NCBI GenBank assembly: GCA_024689085.1
Contig: JAILDT010000054.1
Coordinates: forward strand, 619 to 64,618
Direction: 5' to 3'
Source of the DNA: Clostridia bacterium
Lineage (GTDB): Bacteria; Bacillota; Clostridia; Peptostreptococcales; Anaerovoracaceae
DNA length: 64,000 nt
Numbering within the stretch: the stretch's first letter is position 1; every line of letters starts with the position of its first letter. A model generated the notes under the pieces. It did not search any database. It was not told where the DNA came from and was given only the letters and a program-made list of their open reading frames with translations. Both the position numbers and the translations under genes were made by a program. Below, in pieces: positions 50,060 through 60,065 of the stretch.

Positions 50060-51259
50060 ATGGAAAGAAACGTTGGGACAATTTCCAGGGGCATCCGAGG
50101 CCCGATCATCCGAGAGGGTGACGATATCGGAAAAATCGTTGTTGACAGCCTGCTCAGGGCGGCCGAAACGGACGGTTTTGAAGTCAGAGACAGAGATGTT
50201 CTGTGTGTGACGGAGTCAGTTGTAGCAAGGGCGCAGGGCAATTACGCCAGCGTCGACGCCATTGCGGCGGACGTGAAAGCGAAGCTGGGCGGCGGCACAG
50301 TCGGCGTCATCTTCCCGATCCTCTCGAGAAACAGATTTGCCATCTGCCTGAGAGGCATCGCCAAGGGCGCGAAGAAAATCGTTCTCATGCTGAGCTATCC
50401 GAGCGACGAAGTAGGCAACGCGCTCATCACGATGGACCAGGTTGACGAAGCGGGCATCAATCCGTACAGCGATGTACTGGACCTGACCAGGTACAGAGAG
50501 CTCTTCGGCGAGAACGTGCACCAGTTTACCGGCGTAGACTACGTTCAGTACTATGGTGATCTGATCAAAGACTGCGGCGCAGATGTGGAAATCATCTTCG
50601 CAAACCATGCGGAAGAGATTCTGAATTACACGAAGAACGTTATCACATGCGATATCCACACAAGAGAGAGAAGCAAGCGGCTGCTCAAGGCGGCCGGTGC
50701 CGAAAAGGTCTTCGGACTGGACGACATCCTGACAGCTTCCGTGGATGGCAGCGGATACAACGAGACTTTCGGACTCCTCGGCTCTAACAAGGCGACGGAA
50801 GACACGGTCAAGCTCTTCCCAAGGTCTGCAGAGAGCCAGGAGCTCGTAGAGGCCATGCAGGCGGACATGAAGGCGAGAACAGGCAAGAACGTGGAAGTCA
50901 TGATCTACGGAGACGGCGCGTTCAAGGATCCTGTGGGCAAGATCTGGGAACTGGCTGACCCAAGAGTTGGCGTCGCCTACACAAAGGGACTCGAAGGCAC
51001 GCCGAACGAACTCAAGCTCAAGTATCTGGCGGACAACGATTTCGCGCATCTTTCGGGAGACGACCTGAAGGACGCCATCAAAGACAGGATCACAGAGAAG
51101 GACGGCAGTCTGGTGGGCAAGATGGAATCGGAAGGAACGACGCCGCGTCAGCTGACAGACTTGATCGGATCCCTTTGCGATCTGACCTCAGGCTCCGGTG
51201 ACAAAGGCACCCCGATTGTTTACATTCAGGGATACTTCGACAACTATACGACAGAGTAA
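50060..51259 (+). CDS. CofE/F420-0:gamma-glutamyl ligase-family protein
   Basis: PIIREGDD..D.D.L.VTESVVARAQG N-terminus; DL.SGSGDKGTP.V.I.GY C-terminus. Confidence 0.75.
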   Translation: MERNVGTISRGIRGPIIREGDDIGKIVVDSLLRAAETDGFEVRDRDVLCVTESVVARAQGNYASVDAIAADVKAKLGGGTVGVIFPILSRNRFAICLRGIAKGAKKIVLMLSYPSDEVGNALITMDQVDEAGINPYSDVLDLTRYRELFGENVHQFTGVDYVQYYGDLIKDCGADVEIIFANHAEEILNYTKNVITCDIHTRERSKRLLKAAGAEKVFGLDDILTASVDGSGYNETFGLLGSNKATEDTVKLFPRSAESQELVEAMQADMKARTGKNVEVMIYGDGAFKDPVGKIWELADPRVGVAYTKGLEGTPNELKLKYLADNDFAHLSGDDLKDAIKDRITEKDGSLVGKMESEGTTPRQLTDLIGSLCDLTSGSGDKGTPIVYIQGYFDNYTTE

Positions 51260-51273
51260 CGCATAACAATAGG

Positions 51274-51299
51274 AAGAGGCCCGAAGGGGCCTCTTTTTT
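51274..51299 (+). terminator. Intrinsic terminator
   Basis: aagaggccc-gaag-gggcctctt followed by TTTT. Confidence 0.88.
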
Positions 51300-51356
51300 G
51301 TGCCTTTGCATGCTTTACCGCGACAAAGCATTAATTCTTTAGTGAAGTGCCAAATT

Positions 51357-51397
51357 TTGCCAATCGTATAGTTTTTTGTACAATCTTTCGTTATAAT
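51357..51397 (+). promoter_or_regulatory. Candidate hut promoter(s)
   Basis: TTGCCA-16 bp-TACAAT (51357-51384) and a second TATAAT at 51392-51397. Confidence 0.5.
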
Positions 51398-51456
51398 GGT
51401 TTCAAACAAGTCTACATATTATTAATACGCAATAGATCAGTTAAAGGAGAAGAACC

Positions 51457-52998
51457 ATGACAGTCAGAATCGATGGAAAAAGTCTTACGATTGAAGACGT
51501 GATCAATGTCTGCAGACATTATGAGAAAGTCGAAATCACAGAAGATGCGAAAATCACAGTAAACAGATCCAGAGACTACGTCAGAGAAAAGCTGGAAAAC
51601 GATGCGGTCATCTACGGATTGACAACAGGGTTCGGAAGATTTGCCAACGTTAAAATCTCATTCGAAGACACTGCGCAGCTCCAGAAGAACCTCATCATGA
51701 GTCATACCTGTGCAATGGGCAATCCGTATCCGAAGCACTATGTCAGAGCAGCGATGCTGCTCAGATGCAACAATCTGACGAGAGGTTTTTCGGGCATCCG
51801 GCTCTCAACGATTCAGACAATGATAGACATGCTGAACGCGGATATTATTCCGATTGTTCCGGAGAAGGGATCCGTCGGTTCGTCCGGAGACCTGGCACCG
51901 CTTTCCTGCATCGCGCTCGGACTCATCGGCATGGGTATGGTCGAATACAAAGGCAAAGTCGTCGAAGCGAAAGAAGCGTTTGAGGCAGAAGGCCTGACAC
52001 CTGTCGAGCTCCACGCCAAAGAAGGACTGGCTCTCAACAACGGAACGCAGATGATGACAGCGGTCGGCGTCAATGTGCTCTATGACGCGATGCAGCTGCT
52101 GATCACCGCGGACATCGCAGGTGCGCTGACAGGAGAAGCAATGCACGCGATCCGTAAAGCCTATGACCCGAAAGTACACGCCATCAGAGGTCACGAGGGT
52201 CAGATGATCGAGGCCGAAAACATGAGAAGACTTCTCGATGGATCATACAATGCAAGATGGCTGCATGAAACGAAGGTGCAGGATCCGTATTCGCAGAGAT
52301 GTCTGCCGCAGATTCACGGCGCATCCAGAGACGCCATCCAGTATGTTTACGACAAGGTAACGATAGAGATCAATGCGGTAACAGACAATCCTCTGGTCTT
52401 TGCAGAGGAGGACGAAGTTATCTCAGGCGGAAACTTCCACGGACAGCCGATGGCGCTTGCCTTCGATTTCCTGAAGATCGCTATATCAGAGCTGGCGAAT
52501 GTTTCAGAGAGAAGAACCGAACGCCTTGTGAACTCACAGCTTTCAGAAGGACTGCCTGCATTCCTGGTCAAGCAGGGCGGACTGAACTCCGGTTACATGA
52601 TCGCGCAGTACGCGGCAGCGTCAATGGTATCAGAAAACAAAGTCTATGACCATCCGGCATGCGTCGATTCAATCCCGACGTCTGCAAACCAGGAAGACCA
52701 TGTATCGATGGGAACCACCTCTGCCAGAACCGCTGCGCTTGTCCTCGACAACGCACAGAAGGTCATCGGCATTGAGCTTTCTGCCGCAGCACAGGCCATC
52801 TGGCTCAGACAGGAGCAGGGCGAGAAAGGCATCGACAATCTGGCGCCTGCGACAAGAAAGGCTTATGAATTCATCAGATCAAAGTCCGAGCCGATCGAAG
52901 AAGACATCATCATGCTCGACGAACTGAAGAAGTTCGACGAAATGGTCAAGGACTTCTCGTTGAATGAAGAAGTAGCTAAAGTAATCAATCTGAAATAA
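51457..52998 (+). CDS. hutH: Histidine ammonia-lyase
   Basis: IYG.TTGFG, NLIMSH, GSSGDLAPL (MIO), GGNFHG, NQEDHVSM. Confidence 0.96.
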   Translation: MTVRIDGKSLTIEDVINVCRHYEKVEITEDAKITVNRSRDYVREKLENDAVIYGLTTGFGRFANVKISFEDTAQLQKNLIMSHTCAMGNPYPKHYVRAAMLLRCNNLTRGFSGIRLSTIQTMIDMLNADIIPIVPEKGSVGSSGDLAPLSCIALGLIGMGMVEYKGKVVEAKEAFEAEGLTPVELHAKEGLALNNGTQMMTAVGVNVLYDAMQLLITADIAGALTGEAMHAIRKAYDPKVHAIRGHEGQMIEAENMRRLLDGSYNARWLHETKVQDPYSQRCLPQIHGASRDAIQYVYDKVTIEINAVTDNPLVFAEEDEVISGGNFHGQPMALAFDFLKIAISELANVSERRTERLVNSQLSEGLPAFLVKQGGLNSGYMIAQYAAASMVSENKVYDHPACVDSIPTSANQEDHVSMGTTSARTAALVLDNAQKVIGIELSAAAQAIWLRQEQGEKGIDNLAPATRKAYEFIRSKSEPIEEDIIMLDELKKFDEMVKDFSLNEEVAKVINLK

Positions 52999-53023
52999 AT
53001 CCCGAAGAGAAGGAGGAACCCCA

Positions 53024-55048
53024 ATGTTAGAGAATAAAGCAATTGCAAACGCAATGACAATCAAGTTGGATCTGGGATATCCGGAAATGCCTGCATTCCA
53101 GGAGGGAATCAGAAGAGCTCCGGACAGAGGATTCAGACTGACGAAAGCGCAGACGAAGATTGCACTCAGAAATGCGCTTCGTTACGTCCCGGAAGAACTT
53201 CACGAAAAACTCGCTCCGGAATTTATGGAAGAACTGAAGACATACGGCAGAGTATACGCTTACAGATACAGACCGGCAGGCCGGATCTACGGCAAGCCAA
53301 TCGATGAATACAAAGGCAACTGCCTGGCGGGCAAAGCCTTCCAGGTCATGATCGACAACAATCTGGATTTTGAAGTTGCCCTCTATCCATACGAGCTGGT
53401 CACTTACGGCGAGACAGGTTCTGTATGCCAGAACTGGCTCCAGTACAATCTCATCAAGAGATATCTGGAGGAAATGACAGAGGAACAGACGCTGGTCGTT
53501 GAGTCGGGACACCCGCTGGGACTGTTCCCGTCCAAACCGGAAGCGCCGCGCGTCATCATCACCAACTCCATGATGATCGGCATGTACGATAACCTGGAGG
53601 ACTGGGAAGTCGCTGAGGAAATGGGCGTAGCCAACTACGGACAGATGACGGCTGGCGGCTGGATGTACATCGGACCGCAGGGAATCGTGCACGGAACATT
53701 CAACACGATTCTGAACGCCGGCCGTAAGGAACTGGGCGTTCCGGAAGACGGCGATCTGGCCGGAAAGACATTTGTATCATCCGGTCTCGGCGGCATGAGC
53801 GGCGCGCAGCCGAAGGCGGCGAACATCGCCAATGCGGTCGGTATCTTCGCGGAAGTTGACCAGTCAAGAATCGATACAAGACACGATCAGGGATGGGTCG
53901 ACGTCGTATGCCAGAATCTGGACGAGGTATTCACGCTCGCACAGGAAAAGATCGATGCGAAAGAAAGCATCTCGATCGCTTATCATGGAAACATCGTAGA
54001 CCTGCTTGAAGCGGCGGTGGACAGAAACTTCCATATCGATCTGCTTTCAGACCAGACGTCCTGCCACAACGTATATGATGGCGGTTACTGTCCGGTAGGA
54101 TATACGTTTGAAGAGAGAACACAGATGCTTCACGAAGACAGAGACAAGTTCTGCAAGGAAGTTGACAAAACGCTTCACAGGCATTATGCGGCAATCAAAA
54201 CACTTACAGAAAGAGGAACCTATTTCTTCGACTACGGCAACTCCTTCATGAAAGCAATGTATGACGCAGGCGTGAAGGAACTGTCCAAGAACGGCGTGGA
54301 TGACAAAGACGGATTCATCTGGCCGTCCTATGTAGAAGACATCATGGGACCGATTCTCTTTGACTATGGATACGGACCATTCAGATGGGTATGTCTTTCC
54401 GGCAAGCCGGAAGACCTGCGCGCAACTGACCAGGCGGCAATGGACGTCATCGATCCGAACAGACGCGGTCAGGACAGAGACAACTGGATCTGGATCAGAG
54501 ACGCAGAGAAGAACAAACTGGTCGTCGGAACCCAGGCCAGAATTCTCTATCAGGATGCGGAAGGCAGAAGAGATATCGGCCTCGCATTCAACAAGCTGGT
54601 AAGAGAAGGCAAGATCGGCCCTGTCATGATGGGAAGAGACCACCACGACGTATCCGGAACTGACTCACCGTTCAGAGAGACCTCAAACATCAAGGACGGC
54701 TCCAACGTCATGGCTGACATGGCAGTACAGTGCTACGCAGGAAACGCAGCCAGAGGCATGAGCCTTTGCGCCCTCCACAACGGCGGCGGCGTAGGCATCG
54801 GTAAGGCCATCAACGGTGGTTTCGGTCTGCTCCTCGATGGAAGCGAAAGAGTCGATAAGATTCTGCACTCCGCAATGATGTGGGACGTCATGGGCGGCGT
54901 TGCCAGAAGAAACTGGGCGAGAAACGAACACGCCATTGAGACATCTGTCGAGTACAACAAGAACTACGCCGGCAAGGGACACATCACGATTCCTTACCTG
55001 GTAGACGACAGTATCATCGACGAGACAGTGGACAAGTTTGTGAAATAA
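53024..55048 (+). CDS. hutU: Urocanate hydratase (long form)
   Basis: YGQMTAGGW.YIGPQGIVHGT, GLGGMSGAQ, DQTSCH, GRDHHD, HNGGGVG. Confidence 0.97.
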   Translation: MLENKAIANAMTIKLDLGYPEMPAFQEGIRRAPDRGFRLTKAQTKIALRNALRYVPEELHEKLAPEFMEELKTYGRVYAYRYRPAGRIYGKPIDEYKGNCLAGKAFQVMIDNNLDFEVALYPYELVTYGETGSVCQNWLQYNLIKRYLEEMTEEQTLVVESGHPLGLFPSKPEAPRVIITNSMMIGMYDNLEDWEVAEEMGVANYGQMTAGGWMYIGPQGIVHGTFNTILNAGRKELGVPEDGDLAGKTFVSSGLGGMSGAQPKAANIANAVGIFAEVDQSRIDTRHDQGWVDVVCQNLDEVFTLAQEKIDAKESISIAYHGNIVDLLEAAVDRNFHIDLLSDQTSCHNVYDGGYCPVGYTFEERTQMLHEDRDKFCKEVDKTLHRHYAAIKTLTERGTYFFDYGNSFMKAMYDAGVKELSKNGVDDKDGFIWPSYVEDIMGPILFDYGYGPFRWVCLSGKPEDLRATDQAAMDVIDPNRRGQDRDNWIWIRDAEKNKLVVGTQARILYQDAEGRRDIGLAFNKLVREGKIGPVMMGRDHHDVSGTDSPFRETSNIKDGSNVMADMAVQCYAGNAARGMSLCALHNGGGVGIGKAINGGFGLLLDGSERVDKILHSAMMWDVMGGVARRNWARNEHAIETSVEYNKNYAGKGHITIPYLVDDSIIDETVDKFVK

Positions 55049-55060
55049 AAGGACAGTGAT

Positions 55061-56299
55061 ATGGGAAGAGTACTGATTAAGAACATTGGCTGCCTGCAGA
55101 CACCGGTAGGCAGCTATAGCCACAAAGGCAGCAAGCAGGGCGTCAATGAGAAATACCTGGACGCTGCCGTCGCCATCGAAGACGGAATCATCAAAGAGAT
55201 TACCACAGGAGGGAAGCTCCCGGCGGGCGACTTTGATGAAGTGATCGATGCAGAAGGCAAACTGGTGACGCCGGGCCTGGTGGACGGACACACGCATCTG
55301 GTCTTCGGCGGATACCGGCAGCACGAGATCGCCATGAAACTGGCAGGCGCCGACTATCTGGACATTCTCAGAGCCGGCGGCGGCATTCTGGATACAGTGC
55401 GTAAAACCAGAGCAGCGTCAAAGGAGGAACTCTACGAAAAGACGTGGGGTTTCCTCGATGAGATGATGGACATGGGCGTAACGTCCTGCGAAGCCAAGAG
55501 CGGATACGGACTCGACCTGGAGTCAGAGATCAAGATGCTGGAAGTCATCGGTGACCTGGCGGAGAATCACGCCATGGACGTGGTCCCGACGTTCCTCGGA
55601 CCCCATGCGGTACCACCTGAGTACGAAGGCAAAGGCGACGAGTACATCGAGATGACCTGTCAGGAGATTCTGCCGGAGATCAAAAAGAGAAAGCTGGCGG
55701 TATACTGCGACATCTTCTGCGAAGACTCCGTGTTCAATGCAGAGCAGAGCAGGAAATACCTGACCTGCGCGGCAGGCATGGGATTTGGTCTGAAGATCCA
55801 CGCAGACGAAATCGAAGCCATCGGCGGAACGGAACTGGCCGGCGAACTGGGCGCCGCATCGGCGGAGCATCTGATCGCCATCACTGAGTCCGGTATGGAT
55901 GCCATGGCGGAGGGCGGCGTAACGGCGATGTGTCTGCCGGCAACGTCCTTCTATCTCGGCAAAACCTATGCGCCGGCGAAGACTATGGTAGAGAAGGGCA
56001 TTCCAGTGGCGATGGCAAGCGACTTCAACCCGGGATCCTGCCCGTCACTGAACCTGCAGATCGTCATCAACCTCGGCTGTCTCAAGTACAAGCTGACGCC
56101 GGAAGAAGTGCTGACAGCGGTCACCATCAATCCAGCCTGTGCCATCGGCCTTGGAGAAAAGGTCGGAACAGCGGAGGTGGGCAAGCAGGCGGACCTGGTC
56201 ATCTGGAATGCGCCTGACTTCGAGATGGTCTGCTACAGACTCGGCTCCAACCTTGTTGACAGAGTCATCAAGAAGGGCAAGATCACTGTGGCAAGATAG
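55061..56299 (+). CDS. hutI: Imidazolonepropionase
   Basis: PGLVDGHTH, GGGI..TV, EAKSGYG, HADE, SAEHL, DFNPG. Confidence 0.97.
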   Translation: MGRVLIKNIGCLQTPVGSYSHKGSKQGVNEKYLDAAVAIEDGIIKEITTGGKLPAGDFDEVIDAEGKLVTPGLVDGHTHLVFGGYRQHEIAMKLAGADYLDILRAGGGILDTVRKTRAASKEELYEKTWGFLDEMMDMGVTSCEAKSGYGLDLESEIKMLEVIGDLAENHAMDVVPTFLGPHAVPPEYEGKGDEYIEMTCQEILPEIKKRKLAVYCDIFCEDSVFNAEQSRKYLTCAAGMGFGLKIHADEIEAIGGTELAGELGAASAEHLIAITESGMDAMAEGGVTAMCLPATSFYLGKTYAPAKTMVEKGIPVAMASDFNPGSCPSLNLQIVINLGCLKYKLTPEEVLTAVTINPACAIGLGEKVGTAEVGKQADLVIWNAPDFEMVCYRLGSNLVDRVIKKGKITVAR

Positions 56300-56378
56300 A
56301 CAAAACAGCAGCACAAAACTTCGATAAACAAGAAGAAAGATAGAAGTTATTGCAAAGACAAAAAGGAGAAGATAGAAC

Positions 56379-57005
56379 ATGAAACTAATCGATCTCAAAC
56401 TGGATGAGTATCTGGACATCCTCATTTCCGACGAACCGGCACCGGGCGGCGGGAGCGTGAGTGCGCTGGCATGTGCCCAGGGTGCGGCTCTGGTCTCCAT
56501 GGTCTGCGACCTGACGACGGCCAAGAAGAAATACGCTGACGACCACGTACTGTGCGGGGAGGTCAAGCAAGACGCCGTGAAACTCTACGGCGAGCTCAAG
56601 GCAGCTATCGATAAGGATACGGATGCCTACAACCTCGTCGCTGCGGCGTTCAAGATGCCGAAGGAGACGGATGAAGAAAAGGCCGCAAGAAAGAAGGCGA
56701 TCGCAGACGGTACCCTCGAAGCGACGAAGGTTCCGCTCAGTGTCATGCAGATGGGCATGGAAGGCCTCAAGCTGGCGGACAAACTCTACGGACATTTCAA
56801 CAAGAACTGCGCCAGCGACCTGGGCGTAGGCGTTTTGAATTTCCTGGCAGGCATCCGCGGTGCATGGATGAACGTCAAGATCAATCTTCCGGGTGTCAAG
56901 GATGAAGCTTTTGCAGCGGAAGCCGAGGCGGAAGGAAGAAAGATTCTCGCAGAGGGAGAAGAGATTGCGAACAGACTATATAAGGCAATAGAGGAGGAAC
57001 TGTAA
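56379..57005 (+). CDS. Formimidoyltetrahydrofolate cyclodeaminase (FchA/FTCD_C family)
   Basis: PAPGGGSVSAL, D..AY, ASDLGVG, NV.INL. Confidence 0.9.
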   Translation: MKLIDLKLDEYLDILISDEPAPGGGSVSALACAQGAALVSMVCDLTTAKKKYADDHVLCGEVKQDAVKLYGELKAAIDKDTDAYNLVAAAFKMPKETDEEKAARKKAIADGTLEATKVPLSVMQMGMEGLKLADKLYGHFNKNCASDLGVGVLNFLAGIRGAWMNVKINLPGVKDEAFAAEAEAEGRKILAEGEEIANRLYKAIEEEL

Positions 57006-57901
57006 TGGCAAAAATCATCGAAAGCATACCGAATATCAGCGAAGGAAGAAATCAGGAAGTCATCGAGGCCTGCGTCGATCAGATCAGGAACACTCCGGGA
57101 TGCACGCTCCTCGACTATTCATCGGATGAGACACACAACAGATCGGTTATTACATACATGGGCAGCCCGGAAGCTTGTGAAGAAGCGAGCGTGAAGCTGG
57201 CCAAGAAGGCAGTCGAACTCATCGACCTGACAAAGCACGAAGGCGGACATCCGAGAATGGGCTGCGTCGACGTCATGCCGTTCGTTCCGCTCAAGGACGT
57301 GACGGTGGAAGAGTGCGTTGAACTGTCAAAGAGAGTCGGCGAGAGAATCGCAGCGGAAGCGGATCTGCCGGTATTCCTCTATGAGGATTCTGCGACAGCG
57401 AAGCACAGACAGAACCTGGCTAAGATCAGAAAGGGCCAGTTCGAAGGCATGGCCGAGAAGGTCAAGGAAGAGAAATGGTGCCCGGACTTCGGCGGCGCAA
57501 GGATCCATCCGACCGGCGGCGTTGTAGCAGTAGGCGCTCGTCCTCCGCTCATCGCATTCAATATCAATCTGGCAACGGACAATGTAGAGATCGCCAAGAA
57601 AATTGCCAACATCATCAGAGAGGTCAAGGGCGGCTTCAAGTGCGTCAAGGCCATGGGCCTGCTTCTCGAAGAAAGGAATGTTGCGCAGGTCTCCATCAAT
57701 ATGACCAACTACAGCATCACGCCGCTCCACAGAGTGCTTGAACTCGTCAGAAGGGAAGCGGCCAGATATGGCGTCAACGTTATCGGCACGGAAGTCATCG
57801 GACTGGCGCCGATGAGAGCGTTCCTCGATGCGGCAGAATACTATCTGCAGATCGAAGACTTTGACCCGGACAACCAGGTCATCGAGAACCATCTGCTGTA
57901 G
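57005..57901 (+). CDS. ftcD: Glutamate formimidoyltransferase
   Basis: PNISEGR, D..HNRSV.T, H.G.HPRMG..DV.PFVP, R.GQFEG, QVSIN. Confidence 0.95.
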   Translation: MAKIIESIPNISEGRNQEVIEACVDQIRNTPGCTLLDYSSDETHNRSVITYMGSPEACEEASVKLAKKAVELIDLTKHEGGHPRMGCVDVMPFVPLKDVTVEECVELSKRVGERIAAEADLPVFLYEDSATAKHRQNLAKIRKGQFEGMAEKVKEEKWCPDFGGARIHPTGGVVAVGARPPLIAFNINLATDNVEIAKKIANIIREVKGGFKCVKAMGLLLEERNVAQVSINMTNYSITPLHRVLELVRREAARYGVNVIGTEVIGLAPMRAFLDAAEYYLQIEDFDPDNQVIENHLL

Positions 57902-57948
57902 GTGGATTTTGCAGCTGAACCGGAATCATCAGCAGGAGGTGAAGGCAC

Positions 57949-58605
57949 ATGAGCGATCAGGTATTAAAGGGAGAATCCTCTCTGGCGGAGGAAATCGTTC
58001 AGATTCTGAGGAGCAGAATCATCAATGGCGAATACTCGATTGGAGAGAAACTCGTTGAAAACAAAATAGCAGAAGAGCTCAAGGTCAGCAGAACGCCGGT
58101 CAGAGAGGCGTTCAAGCAGCTGACCAAGGAGCACCTTATCGAGTATGTGCCAAACAAGGGTTGTTTCGCCAAGGGCTTCGATAAGAATGACCTGCATGAC
58201 ATCTACGCCGTGAGAAACGCTGTGGAAAGGCTTGCCGTGGAATGGGCCATCAGGAACAAGACGGAAGAGGATATGGCGGATCTCAAGGAACAACTCTCCC
58301 TGATGGGACAGCATCTGGCAGACGGCGCGGTGGAAAAGTTCGTCCGCGCCGCAGAGGAAATGGAGAATGTTTTCTACAGAATGACAGGGAGCCGGTTCAT
58401 CATTCAGGCCCTCAAATCCTATCAGGAATACATCCAGCTGGCCAGACAAGGCATGCTGACGAGAAGTGAAAACCTGCAGGAGGTCCTCGACGAACACCGC
58501 GCTATCTGCAGGGCCATTGAAGAGGAGGATGTTGAGAAGGCCAAAGCTGCCGTCAGCGAGCATCTCAGGAAAGCAGCGAAACGCGCGGAAGCCCGTTGGT
58601 TGTAG
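57949..58605 (+). CDS. GntR (FCD) regulator, probable hut regulator
   Basis: IAEEL.VSRTPVREA wHTH; last gene of the hut operon. Confidence 0.88.
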   Translation: MSDQVLKGESSLAEEIVQILRSRIINGEYSIGEKLVENKIAEELKVSRTPVREAFKQLTKEHLIEYVPNKGCFAKGFDKNDLHDIYAVRNAVERLAVEWAIRNKTEEDMADLKEQLSLMGQHLADGAVEKFVRAAEEMENVFYRMTGSRFIIQALKSYQEYIQLARQGMLTRSENLQEVLDEHRAICRAIEEEDVEKAKAAVSEHLRKAAKRAEARWL

Positions 58606-58637
58606 CGCAAAAGCATCAAAAAACATAACGAAAGAAG

Positions 58638-58673
58638 AAACACCCGGTGAGGCGGACAGCCACCGGGTGTTTT
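58638..58673 (+). terminator. Terminator of the hut operon
   Basis: aaacacccggtg...caccgggtgttt followed by T. Confidence 0.8.
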
Positions 58674-58709
58674 AATTGTATTCTAACAGTTTTTAAAACC
58701 CCGATTCCC

Positions 58710-58738
58710 TTGACAGAGGTAGGGTGAAGCGTTATAGT
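58710..58738 (+). promoter_or_regulatory. SigA promoter of the his operon
   Basis: TTGACA-17 bp-TATAGT. Confidence 0.85.
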
Positions 58739-58748
58739 ATCAACATGG

Positions 58749-58786
58749 TTTACTTGTTTATTCAGATAAAGCAATAAAGAACTAAA
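58749..58786. promoter_or_regulatory. HisR (TrpR-family YerC/YecD)-type operator
   Basis: TTTA-N6-TAAA core (58757-58770) with extra half-sites at exact 8-bp period: TTTA 58749, TAAA 58775 and 58783. Confidence 0.7.
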
Positions 58787-58796
58787 GGAGAAAGCA

Positions 58797-60065
58797 ATGA
58801 TAAAGATTTTGAAGAAGGGTGAATATGCGCTGGAAGACGTACTGATCAGAGACAGATCCGGTAGAGATGTTAGTCAGGTCGTTTCGGATATTATTTTCGG
58901 TGTCAAGATGGGCGGAGATCCGACCCTCATCAATTATTGCAAGACACTGGACGGCGCAGACTTAACCAGTCTGGAGGTCACAAAGGAGGAAATTGATGCT
59001 GCTGTCGCGGAAGTTCCGGAAGAGGTCAAAGAGACGCTTCAGGAAGCGGCCGACAGGATCGCATATTATCATAAAGCACAGCTCAAAGAAGGATACACAC
59101 TGGAAGAAGACGGCGTGAAACTGCGTCAGAAGGTGCTGCCTCTGAAGAAGGTGGGCATCTACATTCCTGGCGGCACGGCGGCGTATCCGTCCACTGTTCT
59201 GATGAACGCGATTCCGGCCAAGATCGCCGGCGTCGAAGAAATCATCATGGTATCACCGCCGACGGCGGGCGGCACCATCGCACCGGTCATTCTGGCGGCG
59301 GCGAGAATCGCCGGCGTTGACAGAGTCTTCCGCATTGGCGGCGCGCAGGCAATCGCGGCGCTGGCTTATGGTACCAAGACGGTGCCGATGGTCGACAAGA
59401 TCGTCGGACCGGGCAACGCGTATGTAGCGGAAGCGAAACGGCAGGTCTTCGGACAGGTAGGCATCGACCTTATCGCAGGCCCGAGCGAAGTCCTTGTCAT
59501 CGCGGACAAGGGCGCTGACGCGCGCATTGTCGCGGCGGACATGCTGTCTCAGGCGGAGCATGACAGAATGGCGACTGCAGTACTGATCACCACCGACAGA
59601 TTTGTCGCGGAGAGAACAGCGGAACAGCTGGAGGTTCAGTTATCTGCGCTGCCGAGACAGGAAATCGCAAGGGAATCCATTGAAGTCAACGGCAAGATCA
59701 TCATCGTGAAAACCATCGATGAAGCCATCGATCTGGCCAACAAACTGGCGCCTGAGCATCTGGAGCTCTTCCTTGATAATGCGGAAGATTATGCGGACAA
59801 GATCGAGAATGCGGGATCCGTCTTCGTAGGGAAGAACTGCCCGGAAGCCCTGGGCGACTACTTCGCGGGACCGAACCATACGCTGCCGACCTCGGGCACG
59901 GCCCGGTTCGCAGGACCGCTGACAGTGGATGACTTCACCAAGACCATGTCGCTGACATACTACGAAGAGGCGGCTCTGGAATACGCCAAGGACAAGGTCG
60001 CTCTGCTTGCCAGGGAGGAAGGTCTGGAAGGCCATGCGCTGTCCATACTGAGCAGATTTGAATAA
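58797..60065 (+). CDS. hisD: Histidinol dehydrogenase
   Basis: YIPGG.A.YPS, GGAQAIAALA, GPGN.YV, AGPSE, SQAEHD, APEHLE, GPNH.LPT. Confidence 0.97.
   Translation: MIKILKKGEYALEDVLIRDRSGRDVSQVVSDIIFGVKMGGDPTLINYCKTLDGADLTSLEVTKEEIDAAVAEVPEEVKETLQEAADRIAYYHKAQLKEGYTLEEDGVKLRQKVLPLKKVGIYIPGGTAAYPSTVLMNAIPAKIAGVEEIIMVSPPTAGGTIAPVILAAARIAGVDRVFRIGGAQAIAALAYGTKTVPMVDKIVGPGNAYVAEAKRQVFGQVGIDLIAGPSEVLVIADKGADARIVAADMLSQAEHDRMATAVLITTDRFVAERTAEQLEVQLSALPRQEIARESIEVNGKIIIVKTIDEAIDLANKLAPEHLELFLDNAEDYADKIENAGSVFVGKNCPEALGDYFAGPNHTLPTSGTARFAGPLTVDDFTKTMSLTYYEEAALEYAKDKVALLAREEGLEGHALSILSRFE

Noticed and set aside
51457-52998. hutH as an ergothionase or PAL/TAL
   Set aside because: The MIO Ser-Gly, SH and NQED motifs and the full hutU/hutI context indicate histidine ammonia-lyase
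56300-56378. A-rich hutI-fchA spacer with a short AACTTC/GAAGTT inverted repeat
   Set aside because: The stem is too weak to support an RNA element
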